From NCBI GenBank assembly GCA_003694525.1, contig RFLK01000086.1, positions 1-27,333 of the forward strand: a stretch of DNA of 27,333 nt, read 5' to 3'. The position numbers and the translations under genes were made by a program. Positions 16,123 to 24,656 of this stretch are shown one piece after another. Each line of letters starts with the position of its first letter. Positions within the stretch are counted from its first letter, which is position 1. Source of the DNA: Candidatus Woesearchaeota archaeon. GTDB lineage: Archaea; Nanobdellota; Nanobdellia; Woesearchaeales; ARS49. Under the pieces are notes generated by a model. That model was not told the DNA's origin. It saw only the letters and a list, made by a program, of their open reading frames with translations, and did no database searches.

Positions 16123-19100
16123 TTAATCGAATCTTGTCCAAAGCCCGTACGCTGCAAGGCCTATTAGCACTACAAACAAGGATATTGCTGTTTGTGTTGT
16201 CTTTGATTGCGGGTCTATCTCAAGAATTGAACGAGCCTTTTGTGCAATGCTTGATACAGCATCCCAGATTGAGCTTGCAATATTTGCCTTGGGCGGTATT
16301 GTTGCCTCGACTTGAACTTCAAGCTCTTCCAGCCCATCAGTTTGCTCTTCCTCTCTGTTCGGGTTTTCTGCAAGGCCCTCATTCTCTGATGATGGTTGGA
16401 AGTTGAAGTTTGGAAGCAGGGAAGATCCTGCTGTTCCGAGAGAGTTCTGCCCTGGCAGTGAGAATGTTGCCATTGCCTGAAGCCTTCCGATAGTATCAAT
16501 TCTGATCTCAACATCGGGAACTCCGTCTCCCGTAAGGTCAAATTGTGCGCTCTCATCAAGGTTTATCTTGTAGAACTGTCCGTTAAGAGCCCATTCTGTC
16601 TCGCCACCTCTTGCAGATCTGAGCACTATTGTAAGAGGCAAGAGCTTCCCGTTCAGTTCAAATTGGTAAGCTCTGCCTGCTATCACTTGCTTTTGTACTG
16701 GAGTTTGGGAGAGGATTATTCTTGGAGCCCCACCTCCGCCTCCGCCGCCTCCTCCACCGCCAGAGCTTCCTCCTGAAGTTGATGGCTGAGAGGTTACAGT
16801 TATGGTCCCTGTCTTTTTGCCTGTGAATCCGAAACTGTCGGTAACTTCAAGTGTTACTGTGTATGTTCCTGCAGCACTCCAGCTTTTCGCGGGAGGGTTT
16901 GCAAGGGTTGAATTTGTACCGTCTCCAAATGTCCAAAGGTACGTTAGAGAGTCATTTAGCGGTCCTGGTATGTTTGCATCAAAAGTGAGGTCTGCAAAGG
17001 TCAGACTCTGTCCTGTCAGTATAGTGGAGGTTAGAGGTGTGAAGCTGACAGAAGGCGGAACTGGAACAACTTGAGATATGTTAGCTTCGCCAGATGCTGT
17101 TGCGTTATATGTGAAGTTTCCGACAGTGATTGTTCCGTTCTTTATCACTCCAGAGTCTATTACTGCATAAAGAAGTGTTGCGTTGTTCAATTGTGTTGAA
17201 TTTATCGTTGAGTGTTGGGCGTTAACGTTTGTAAGGTTTGATTGCATCGCTGTGCTGTATGATATCTGAGAGTTGTCGATTATTGATCCTGTTGTTGTTG
17301 AATTTATTATTGTGCTATCATACGCTTGGGACTGTTCGATTGTGCTGTTTTCTATTGTGCTTGAATTCACTATGCTCTCGTTTATATCGCTTGTTGTGAC
17401 ATTGCTGAATGTGACATTGCTCTCTATTATGTTGCTCGCTCCCTTAATTGTGCTTCCTGTAAGGTTGCTCGGGTCTACAAAGCTGTCTATGAAAATGCAG
17501 TTTTCAGCAGTTATGCTCTTTACTGTGCTGTTGATTGCCTGGCAGTTAGAGAGTGTAGAATCTGTTATGTTTGATGATGTTCCTGTCACGTTAACAAGAG
17601 TGTTATTGTATCCTGATGTGTTGCTCAGCGTGCTGTTTGAAATTGAGCTGTTGGTTGAGGTGATGTTTGTCAGGGTCGAGGTCTCAACAAGCCCGTCTAT
17701 TACTATTGACGAGCTGATATTGTTTGATCCTGTAAGGTTTGTCCCGTCGAGTATGTTTTCAAATACGTATGAGAGATCTTCATTTGAGCTGGAGCTTTGG
17801 TTGTTGCATGCAACAGATAGGTTGAATGTCCCAAGGGCGTAGTTTGAGTTGTCAAACAGGCTTGCGTTTGCGCTGTGCGTTGTTCCGTTTCCTGTGAAAT
17901 TGTTGGCCATGGCTTGCTGTGCAAGGTCTGCAGGATCCCAGCTGCAGGATGTTATTCTGTTTGTTTCAACTGAGAGTGTGAATGTGCTGTAGTTGAGTCT
18001 TGTTGCATTTTGTGGAGTTATTGATGTTATTGCTATCTCTGGAATTATGGTCAGTATCACAGTATCAGAAGCCAGGCTTGCATTCTCATCTCCGGGGAAT
18101 ATTGCTGTCAGGTTCACATCTCCTGTCTGGTTGAAGGTTGTATTGAGTGTGGCAGGCGTTGTGCTTGCGTTCAGTGATAGCGTTCCGTTTATGTACAGCT
18201 CAACTCCTGCTCCTGAAGGGTTTGACACGTTGACTTGTATTGTGATGCTGTCATTGACTTGTGCTGTTGTATTTCCAGAAGCCCCGTTTACTTTGATCTC
18301 TACACTTCCCGCTCCTTTGAGAACTTCGTATGAGAATGTGTAGTTTGCAAGGTTTCCTGAAGTGTCGTTTGCATACCACCTCATAGTGTGGTTTCCGACT
18401 GCAAGTCCTGTTACATTGACGCTTGCAGTTCCGTTGTTAAGATATGCAGTAGTGTTGCTTGAATTGTCAACTTCCAAGAATGCAGAATCTACTGCCACAT
18501 TGTCAGATATGGTTGCGTTAAACGTGTACTTGTTGCTGAACGGAGCTGGCGAGAGCGGGTCTGATATTGTATTGCTTATTGTTGGGCTTGTCGTGTCAAG
18601 AACTGTCACTGTAAGATTTGTGTCTGTTGATGTATAGTTTTCATTTCCCGCAAAAGATGCTGATACAGTGTAGTTTCCTGCTTCTATGAAAGTGTTGTTC
18701 GTGCTCAATGGTGATGTTGAGTTTGCTATTTGCGTGCCGTTTATCAACAACTCTATTGTGCCTGTTGTATTTGTCAGGTTTGCTGTTATGTTGATTGTAT
18801 CATTTTGAGGTACGGTTATGTTTGATGGGTTTGAGTTTAGCAGAAGCTCTATGTTCGCTTGTGCTTTTGCTATTTCAATTGTGCTTGAATTTGTTGAGTT
18901 TGTGTTGTTTGCAAGGTCCGATGCGTGCCATCTGTAAGTGTGGTTTCCTGCGGACAGGTCACTTATGTTTATTGTGAACCTGTCTCCGCTCTGGCTTACG
19001 TTTGTCAGATTATTGCCATCTATCTCGAATGTTACTTCTGTCAGGTTTCCATTGTCAGTCCAGTTTATTGAGAATTGATATGTTGCTCCTGGAGAGTATA

Positions 19101-22017
19101 CTGTTCCGTTTGCAACAGCACTCTCATCAGAGTACGCTGGCGGGACAAGGTCGCTTATTGTTATTGTGAAGGTTGAATTTGTGCACGCTCCGAAATTGTC
19201 GCACACGCTCATAAGAGTTGGGAAGTCTCCGCTTGTTTTGGGTGTGAAGTTGAATGTTCCGCTTGTTTGATTGAAGTTGAATGTGCTATTTGTAGAGAAG
19301 TTAAGTGTATCTCCTGTAGGGTCTGGATCTGTTGCGTTCAATGAATATTCGAACGGGATGCCTGCTTGCGCGCTTTGGTTTGAGAGTCCTACAAAATATG
19401 GCGCATCATTTACGTTGGCCACCGTGACTGTTATGTTCTGGGTTGTATTCGCGCCTGCGCTGTCTGATAGCCATACTGTTATGTTAAAGTCTCCTGTTGC
19501 ATTCTCGTGTGGAGTTATTAGCAAAAGGTCTGTGCTTGTTGTCAGGTTTGCTTCGAATATGCTTGTGTTAAGGTATGATGTTTTGTTTGTTGAGTTTGTA
19601 AGTGAGATGTACCAGACAAGGCTGTTTCCATCCGCGCCAGACCCGTCTTCAGGATCGCTCTCATACGGAGTCAGGTCTATCGAGTTCTGCTGTTCCTCGA
19701 ACGTTGTTATGTTGGGTATTGCCTGGGTGAATCTTGGGTTGTCGTTTATTGGGTTTATTATCACAGGTATTTGGGTTTGAACGCTCTCTCCAAGAGGGTC
19801 GCTTGCATTGATTTTAAGGGTGAAGTTTCCGTTGATGTCAGGATCTGGAATTATTGATAGGTGGGTAGAGTTGTATGCAAGGCTTATTCCTTGTACTTGT
19901 TCTATTAAGTTGAATTGGATTGCATCTCCATCTGGCTCGTAGAATAGTGCTGCTATTGTGTAGTTGAATATGTTATCCTCATCGAACGTCAGCGTGGGTT
20001 GTGTTGAGATTATTCTTGGAGCATCGTTTATCGGCTGTACTGTGAGGTTGAGTGTTGTGCTTGCATTCGCTCCGCTCGAGTCTGATGCATCTATTGCTAT
20101 TAGGGCAAACCCGTTCGCGTCAGGCTTTGGTTGAATGGTAAGGTAAGAATTTGCATCTATTATTACGTCTGCAAGAGAGCTGTTGCCATAGAGTACTTTG
20201 AACACGACGCTTGCAGGGTCTATTGAGGTTATGTAATCAAGAAGTCGTATCACGTTTGAGAGTGGAACGTCTTCGTTTGTTGTTATTGCGGAAAGAGCCT
20301 GCCAGGCAGGAGGTGTCAAGTTTATGGACATCAGTTGTATGCTTGAGTTTGCGCTCAGGTTCTGAGTGTCGTATACTGTGAATGTGATTGTCTCATTGAC
20401 TGTCGAGTTCGGTGCTGTTATGGTTGCAATGGATCCTTGCAAGGCTATGGTGAAGCTTGAATTTCCGGTGAAAGAATATGTCAATGCGCTGTCAGGGTCT
20501 TCTTGGTCTGTTGAATAATCTGCAAGGTCCAGTGTTGTCTGGTTTCCTGATTGTATGCTCAGGTTCTGTGGAAGGTTCATTATTGGTGCTGTATTTGTTG
20601 CATTTGATGTAAGCGTTATGCTTATTGTTTCATCTGCGGTTACACTCAGGATTCCTGTCGCATTGTTGTACCCTGCAAGAGATACTGTGTAGTTGTGATC
20701 TCCAGAGCTTACGTTTTCAAATGTCGCAGTCCCGTTGCTTGTTGTGTTGGCTGTCTTGTCGTCTAAAGTCACTTTTGCGCCTTCAAGCAATACTCCGCTC
20801 TGATTCTTTACTGAGAACGTTATTGTGTTGTTGTTGCTTGTTGAGAATACATTCAATTGGAATGTTGTATTTCCGAATATTTCTTGCTCTGTTGTCGGAA
20901 GTGCTGAGTTTGCTCGCGCAGATATGCTTATTGTGTATATTCCGCTCTCTGATGCTGTGAATGAGAAGTTGTACTGCTCAGAAGTATTGGCATCAGAATT
21001 GGCGAACAAGGTGAGTCCAGTAACGTTATATATTGTTGATCCGTCCTTTGTTACAAGGTAGTCGACATCTGTTTGTACTGGTGTTATTGTCGGGCTCAGG
21101 TTTGTGTCATTTTGCACGTGATTTGTTATTTTGCTGTAGAATACTGTGATGTTCTGTCCGGGCAATGGGTTGCTTGGCTGAGCGTATGCATCAGATATTA
21201 TGCTGTAGAATTGTCCTTGAACGCTTGTGACTGTGAAAGGAGTTGTTGATGATGTGTTCTCATAGCTTGTGCACGCATCGTCCACAACTGATGCTGTAAG
21301 CCTTGCTGTGTAGTTTCCGCTCTGGCTTGGAGAGTATGTGAACTGGACTGGAAGGCTTGTGTCTGCAACTATTGCATTTCCATTCTGTGCTGTAAAGTTG
21401 GCAACTTGCGTGTGTATTACCGTATTGTTCTCATCGAGTATGTCAAGGTATACGAGGGTATCTGCTGCATAATATTCTTGGATTAGGAATGGAGGTATGT
21501 AATCGACTCCATTTGAGAGTGTTCTAAATGCGCTTGATGTTTGAGCATCAAGTTGTGCAAGAGCATCTATTGACAAGGGCTCATTGACTCTTGCTGTATT
21601 TGTAAGGTTTATTGCAGATACTGTCGCTTTGCACACGTTTGGGTATTTTGTGAAGGTGTTGTTCTCGCTTGTGTTGTAGATCGTTGGATCCCCAAATGAG
21701 TGCCAGTCGTGTTTTCCTTCAAGAGGTCTGTATCCTTTTGCGACGAAGAATTCAACATAGCCGTAAGGGCTTGCAAGCGTGTCTGGGTATCTGAATATGA
21801 CGCTGTCATTGGCTTCAGGTCCTTTTATTATGCTTCCAGGAAATGCGCTAACGCTCGAGCAGTTCGAGTCATTGCACATATATATTGTCGAATTGAGTTC
21901 TGTATTTTGCTGAGAGTCCGAATATGTGAAAAAGTATTCTACATCTACTGCTGCATGAGCTATTGGTAGTGCAAACAAGATGGCAATTAAGAGAATGAGT
22001 TGTTTTGAAGATAGCAT
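16123..22017 (-). CDS. Giant cell-surface glycoprotein / adhesin (1964 aa): signal peptide, Ig- and cadherin-like repeats, pentapeptide solenoid, PKD, Gly linker, C-terminal TM anchor
   Basis: Signal peptide MLSSKQLILLIAILFALPIAHA, a PEGA/CarboxypepD_reg-like domain, repeated xNDAP/NDNP and DPDG/DPEDG cadherin-like motifs, PKD motif YLWTFGDG...GTYTVTLEVTD, poly-Gly, C-terminal TM AISLFVVLIGLAAYGLW, and many N-x-S/T sequons. Start moved from 22047 to 22017. Confidence 0.88.
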   Translation of the reverse strand: MLSSKQLILLIAILFALPIAHAAVDVEYFFTYSDSQQNTELNSTIYMCNDSNCSSVSAFPGSIIKGPEANDSVIFRYPDTLASPYGYVEFFVAKGYRPLEGKHDWHSFGDPTIYNTSENNTFTKYPNVCKATVSAINLTNTARVNEPLSIDALAQLDAQTSSAFRTLSNGVDYIPPFLIQEYYAADTLVYLDILDENNTVIHTQVANFTAQNGNAIVADTSLPVQFTYSPSQSGNYTARLTASVVDDACTSYENTSSTTPFTVTSVQGQFYSIISDAYAQPSNPLPGQNITVFYSKITNHVQNDTNLSPTITPVQTDVDYLVTKDGSTIYNVTGLTLFANSDANTSEQYNFSFTASESGIYTISISARANSALPTTEQEIFGNTTFQLNVFSTSNNNTITFSVKNQSGVLLEGAKVTLDDKTANTTSNGTATFENVSSGDHNYTVSLAGYNNATGILSVTADETISITLTSNATNTAPIMNLPQNLSIQSGNQTTLDLADYSTDQEDPDSALTYSFTGNSSFTIALQGSIATITAPNSTVNETITFTVYDTQNLSANSSIQLMSINLTPPAWQALSAITTNEDVPLSNVIRLLDYITSIDPASVVFKVLYGNSSLADVIIDANSYLTIQPKPDANGFALIAIDASDSSGANASTTLNLTVQPINDAPRIISTQPTLTFDEDNIFNYTIAALFYEPDGDAIQFNLIEQVQGISLAYNSTHLSIIPDPDINGNFTLKINASDPLGESVQTQIPVIINPINDNPRFTQAIPNITTFEEQQNSIDLTPYESDPEDGSGADGNSLVWYISLTNSTNKTSYLNTSIFEANLTTSTDLLLITPHENATGDFNITVWLSDSAGANTTQNITVTVANVNDAPYFVGLSNQSAQAGIPFEYSLNATDPDPTGDTLNFSTNSTFNFNQTSGTFNFTPKTSGDFPTLMSVCDNFGACTNSTFTITISDLVPPAYSDESAVANGTVYSPGATYQFSINWTDNGNLTEVTFEIDGNNLTNVSQSGDRFTINISDLSAGNHTYRWHASDLANNTNSTNSSTIEIAKAQANIELLLNSNPSNITVPQNDTINITANLTNTTGTIELLINGTQIANSTSPLSTNNTFIEAGNYTVSASFAGNENYTSTDTNLTVTVLDTTSPTISNTISDPLSPAPFSNKYTFNATISDNVAVDSAFLEVDNSSNTTAYLNNGTASVNVTGLAVGNHTMRWYANDTSGNLANYTFSYEVLKGAGSVEIKVNGASGNTTAQVNDSITIQVNVSNPSGAGVELYINGTLSLNASTTPATLNTTFNQTGDVNLTAIFPGDENASLASDTVILTIIPEIAITSITPQNATRLNYSTFTLSVETNRITSCSWDPADLAQQAMANNFTGNGTTHSANASLFDNSNYALGTFNLSVACNNQSSSSNEDLSYVFENILDGTNLTGSNNISSSIVIDGLVETSTLTNITSTNSSISNSTLSNTSGYNNTLVNVTGTSSNITDSTLSNCQAINSTVKSITAENCIFIDSFVDPSNLTGSTIKGASNIIESNVTFSNVTTSDINESIVNSSTIENSTIEQSQAYDSTIINSTTTGSIIDNSQISYSTAMQSNLTNVNAQHSTINSTQLNNATLLYAVIDSGVIKNGTITVGNFTYNATASGEANISQVVPVPPSVSFTPLTSTILTGQSLTFADLTFDANIPGPLNDSLTYLWTFGDGTNSTLANPPAKSWSAAGTYTVTLEVTDSFGFTGKKTGTITVTSQPSTSGGSSGGGGGGGGGGGAPRIILSQTPVQKQVIAGRAYQFELNGKLLPLTIVLRSARGGETEWALNGQFYKINLDESAQFDLTGDGVPDVEIRIDTIGRLQAMATFSLPGQNSLGTAGSSLLPNFNFQPSSENEGLAENPNREEEQTDGLEELEVQVEATIPPKANIASSIWDAVSSIAQKARSILEIDPQSKTTQTAISLFVVLIGLAAYGLWTRFD
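17128..17679 (-). repeat. Protein-level tandem pentapeptide repeat (about 35 units, consensus S-T/N-I/L-x-N)
   Basis: STLTN ITSTN SSISN STLSN ... STIEN STIEQ SQAYD STIIN STTTG SIIDN SQISY ... The repeat is degenerate at the DNA level. Confidence 0.75.
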
Positions 22018-22018
22018 T

Positions 22019-23536
22019 TTAATTTCCCGTTCCAGGTCCGGTGCCACCTCCGCCTCCTATTCCACCAGAGCCTCCAGGGCTTCCCCCGCCAGAGCCTCCT
22101 GAACCACCAGAGCCTCCTCCGCCAGATCCGCCACTGCCCGAACCTCCAGCAGGCACTGCTGATGATTTGCTGCCTGATTTTTTCTTAAGTGCAAATGATG
22201 CAATTGCTGCGATCTGGGCAATATCAGATACTATTGATGAGCTAAGGCGCGCTATTGCTGGATTTGTGCTTCCAACAAAGTGATCGTGATTGGCAAAGCC
22301 GTATCTTATTACGTTTCCCTCATCAAGTATTTGCTTGTATTGTTCTCTCTCATCTCCCTCCGGCTCAAAGTAGTCCTTTGAAAACGCATCCTGCCAGTTT
22401 GCAATCGTGTATGCAAAGCTTGCAAGAGGGGTTGCTGGCATTAGAATGTCTTCTATTAGCTGAACTCCTCTATTTCTTGGCGCATTTAACTCTTCAAATA
22501 TCTCTGCTATCCTGTGATATGCGTGCCTGTTCGCCTTGACAAGCTCAGAAGGATTGTCTTTTAGCGCTTCTTTTAGAGAGCTTGTATAGATGAAGATGTA
22601 TCTTGAGGCATCGTGCAGCTGGTCTGTTGTCAGTGTCCAGGAACTTCCAATATCTTCTGCCAATGAGCGGAGTCTTAGTTCTATTACTGAGTGTAGTGTT
22701 TCAAGGGTCCCATCCCAGCTTATTTCGTATTCTTTTGCGGCAAGTTCTGAATCGCTGTTCCTTATGCTTGAAAGTTTTCTCTCAAGCGCCTTCTCGTATT
22801 CTTTTTTGCCTTCAACATATAGTTCTCCCTGAAAATTCTCACTGCCCGTCAGATAGTCTTCAAGTCTTGCCCTGAGCTGATTCAGCTCATCTATTCTCTC
22901 AAAGTTTCCTTCGTGAACGACAGTGTCTGCCCAGGCCTGAGTGTAACTCTCTACTCTTTCAAGGTCTGATTTGTATTCCTTAAATGCTTGTTTTATTTTT
23001 GCATTTTCTGAAAGGATGCTTTCAAGCCTTGCCAGATCTTCGTGTTTTAATGCTTCAAATGTATTTTCAGCTATCTCTCCAAATAGCCCTTGTTCTATTC
23101 TCTTTTGCTCTTCTTCAGAGAGCTGTTCGTAATCAGGAATGTTCGCATCACACATCCTATCTGCCAGTTGAAGAAGGTATCGCTCTATTCTTCCATCTTC
23201 TTTTATGTACCCTATAAATTCAATATGGTCAAATAGTGCGTTGACTTTTTCTGCAAGTTCTGGCGTGTTTTTTGAGTGAACTTTGTATATTGCAGCTCCC
23301 CTCAGTGCATCAAGATTATTGTATGTCGAGTTGTTTCCTCTCAGAATATCAGATATTGTGTTTTCAATTGGACCAGAGTAAGTGCTTGTTTGGACTCTTG
23401 CAATAAGTTCTGAATCGTCTTCTCGTCTTGGGTAGTGTGTTCCGCTTGCGCTACAGCCTGCAAGTGCAAGCGCTGCGCTTGCGATAAATGTTATTCTTTG
23501 AGCAAGCGTTCCTTTTCGAGATCTGTATGCTGGCAT
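22019..23536 (-). CDS. Putative lipoprotein (505 aa), alpha-helical, with a Gly/Ser-rich C-terminal tail
   Basis: Basic N-region, hydrophobic stretch and lipobox LAG-C. The tail is GGSGSGGSGGGGSGGSGGSGGGSPGGSGGIGGGGGTGPGTGN. Start moved to 23536 because a TATA box (23570-23577) abuts the track's 23569 start. The stop is 1 nt before the adhesin ATG. Confidence 0.8.
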   Translation of the reverse strand: MPAYRSRKGTLAQRITFIASAALALAGCSASGTHYPRREDDSELIARVQTSTYSGPIENTISDILRGNNSTYNNLDALRGAAIYKVHSKNTPELAEKVNALFDHIEFIGYIKEDGRIERYLLQLADRMCDANIPDYEQLSEEEQKRIEQGLFGEIAENTFEALKHEDLARLESILSENAKIKQAFKEYKSDLERVESYTQAWADTVVHEGNFERIDELNQLRARLEDYLTGSENFQGELYVEGKKEYEKALERKLSSIRNSDSELAAKEYEISWDGTLETLHSVIELRLRSLAEDIGSSWTLTTDQLHDASRYIFIYTSSLKEALKDNPSELVKANRHAYHRIAEIFEELNAPRNRGVQLIEDILMPATPLASFAYTIANWQDAFSKDYFEPEGDEREQYKQILDEGNVIRYGFANHDHFVGSTNPAIARLSSSIVSDIAQIAAIASFALKKKSGSKSSAVPAGGSGSGGSGGGGSGGSGGSGGGSPGGSGGIGGGGGTGPGTGN

Positions 23537-23569
23537 CTTCCCCCCCAACTCTCGCAAGACAACATCCAC

Positions 23570-23577
23570 TATATAAA
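23570..23577 (-). promoter_or_regulatory. TATA box (TTTATATA) of the lipoprotein-adhesin operon
   Basis: Consensus TATA 34 nt upstream of ATG 23536. Confidence 0.6.
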
Positions 23578-23684
23578 GGTTATGCTACTGAGCAGTAGTT
23601 ATACTTTGCCTATTGGCAAGAGTTCTTAAAAAAGTTCTAACTGACAAAAGTCTTTGATAGTGCGCTCTGCAAATATCAAATGAT

Positions 23685-23699
23685 AAGAAAAAGAAGAAG
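23685..23699 (-). terminator. Putative oligo-pyrimidine terminator after rpl15e-orf54
   Basis: Minus strand CTTCTTCTTTTTCTT, starting 22 nt after the stop at 23722. Confidence 0.4.
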
Positions 23700-23721
23700 T
23701 TGTTATTATGGTGTGCTATTT

Positions 23722-23886
23722 TTACAATTCATCTTCAGTCCATGCATCTTCAACATAGACTGTATCGCTCGACTCTTCAAGGTCCTCTTCATAATCGCCA
23801 TCAGAGTCTATGAAGTCTTTTGCATAATCATAATCTTCAAATTCGTCCTCGAAGGACTCTTCAGATTCTTCCTTTAAGTCACTCAT
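23722..23886 (-). CDS. 54-aa hyperacidic small protein
   Basis: Not in the ORF track. MSDLKEESEESFEDEFEDYDYAKDFIDSDGDYEEDLEESSDTVYVEDAWTEDEL. The SD GAGGTGA (23892-23898) directly follows the rpl15e stop, with a 5-nt spacer to the ATG. Confidence 0.8.
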   Translation of the reverse strand: MSDLKEESEESFEDEFEDYDYAKDFIDSDGDYEEDLEESSDTVYVEDAWTEDEL

Positions 23887-23899
23887 TCAGATCACCTCT

Positions 23900-24466
23900 T
23901 TAGAGTTTTCTGGAGTTTGCTCGTCTGCTTGGACGTGCTTTTTCAGCCCCCTTGCCTTTTGCTCTCAATCCTCGCATCTTGCGCCCTGCACTTGTAAGGC
24001 CTCTGTGGGCTCTGCCTCGATGCTGGGATTGGCCTATCCAGTTCAATCCTGAATCTTTTAGTACGCTTGGGCTTGCCCTGTCTAAAAGTATGACTTCAAA
24101 CCAGTAATGTTTGCCGTCTTCTGTTAAATAATATGAGTTCAAAACTTCGCAATTCTTGTATGATTTGGATGCTCGCTCTTCTGCTATCAATTGATAGTTT
24201 TTCCTAAGGTTCAACCTTTTCCCCTGGTTTTTTGATCTCCTGCCACCCCATATCTTTGGTCTCTTGTGCCCACCTCTGGATACTCGCTGGCGCACGACTA
24301 TTATTCCCTGCTTTGCCTTATAGCCCAAAGCACGGGCTCTTGCAAGCTTTGTGGGTTTTTCTACTCTGACCGTTGCAGGCTCTCTGCGAAGTGCAATCAG
24401 TCTTTGCTTTTTCAGATCAGAAGGTTGCTTTTTCCATATCTGCTGAAGATACTTGTAGACTCCCAT
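23900..24466 (-). CDS. rpl15e: 50S ribosomal protein L15e
   Basis: MGVYKYLQQIWK, RVEKPTKLARARALGYKAKQG, EERASK...EVLNSY...DGKHYWFEVIL and RGRAHRGLTSAG. Start moved to 24466. Confidence 0.97.
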   Translation of the reverse strand: MGVYKYLQQIWKKQPSDLKKQRLIALRREPATVRVEKPTKLARARALGYKAKQGIIVVRQRVSRGGHKRPKIWGGRRSKNQGKRLNLRKNYQLIAEERASKSYKNCEVLNSYYLTEDGKHYWFEVILLDRASPSVLKDSGLNWIGQSQHRGRAHRGLTSAGRKMRGLRAKGKGAEKARPSRRANSRKL

Positions 24467-24490
24467 TATCTGCACGGGTATCGAGGTCAT

Positions 24491-24505
24491 TTTAAAAAGC
24501 TTTCG
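24491..24505 (-). promoter_or_regulatory. BRE + TATA of rpl15e, probably giving a leaderless mRNA
   Basis: CGAAAGC-TTTTTAAA, 25 nt upstream of ATG 24466. Confidence 0.6.
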
Positions 24506-24656
24506 ATATGCCTTGCCCTGTTGGTTCTCTCTTTTTGCTTTTTCCGCTTATCAAAGAAGAAAATAGACTCATATCAAACCCATACCAGATCTCTTCTGAT
24601 AGTTCTGCTTTCTATAATTGCAAAATAGTTAGTATTTTGAAGCCACTCATCTTTTG

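Noticed and set aside
16726-16775. GC-rich (CCT/CCG)n tract as a DNA microsatellite or phase-variable repeat
   Set aside because: Mixed Gly codons encode a poly-Gly linker in frame, and there is no pure tandem unit.
22041-22283. Proline-rich 80-aa plus-strand ORF (MPPPPPIPPEPPG...)
   Set aside because: It is the antisense reading of the Gly codons in the lipoprotein tail.
23680-23877. 65-aa hydrophobic plus-strand ORF
   Set aside because: It is antisense to the 54-aa acidic ORF, which has the SD, operon position and terminator. The hydrophobicity is the mirror of GAA/GAT codons.
24492-24572. 26-codon minus-strand ORF (MSLFSSLISGKSKKREPTGQGISKAF) between polB and rpl15e
   Set aside because: No SD, very short, no recognisable features, and it runs through the rpl15e BRE/TATA.
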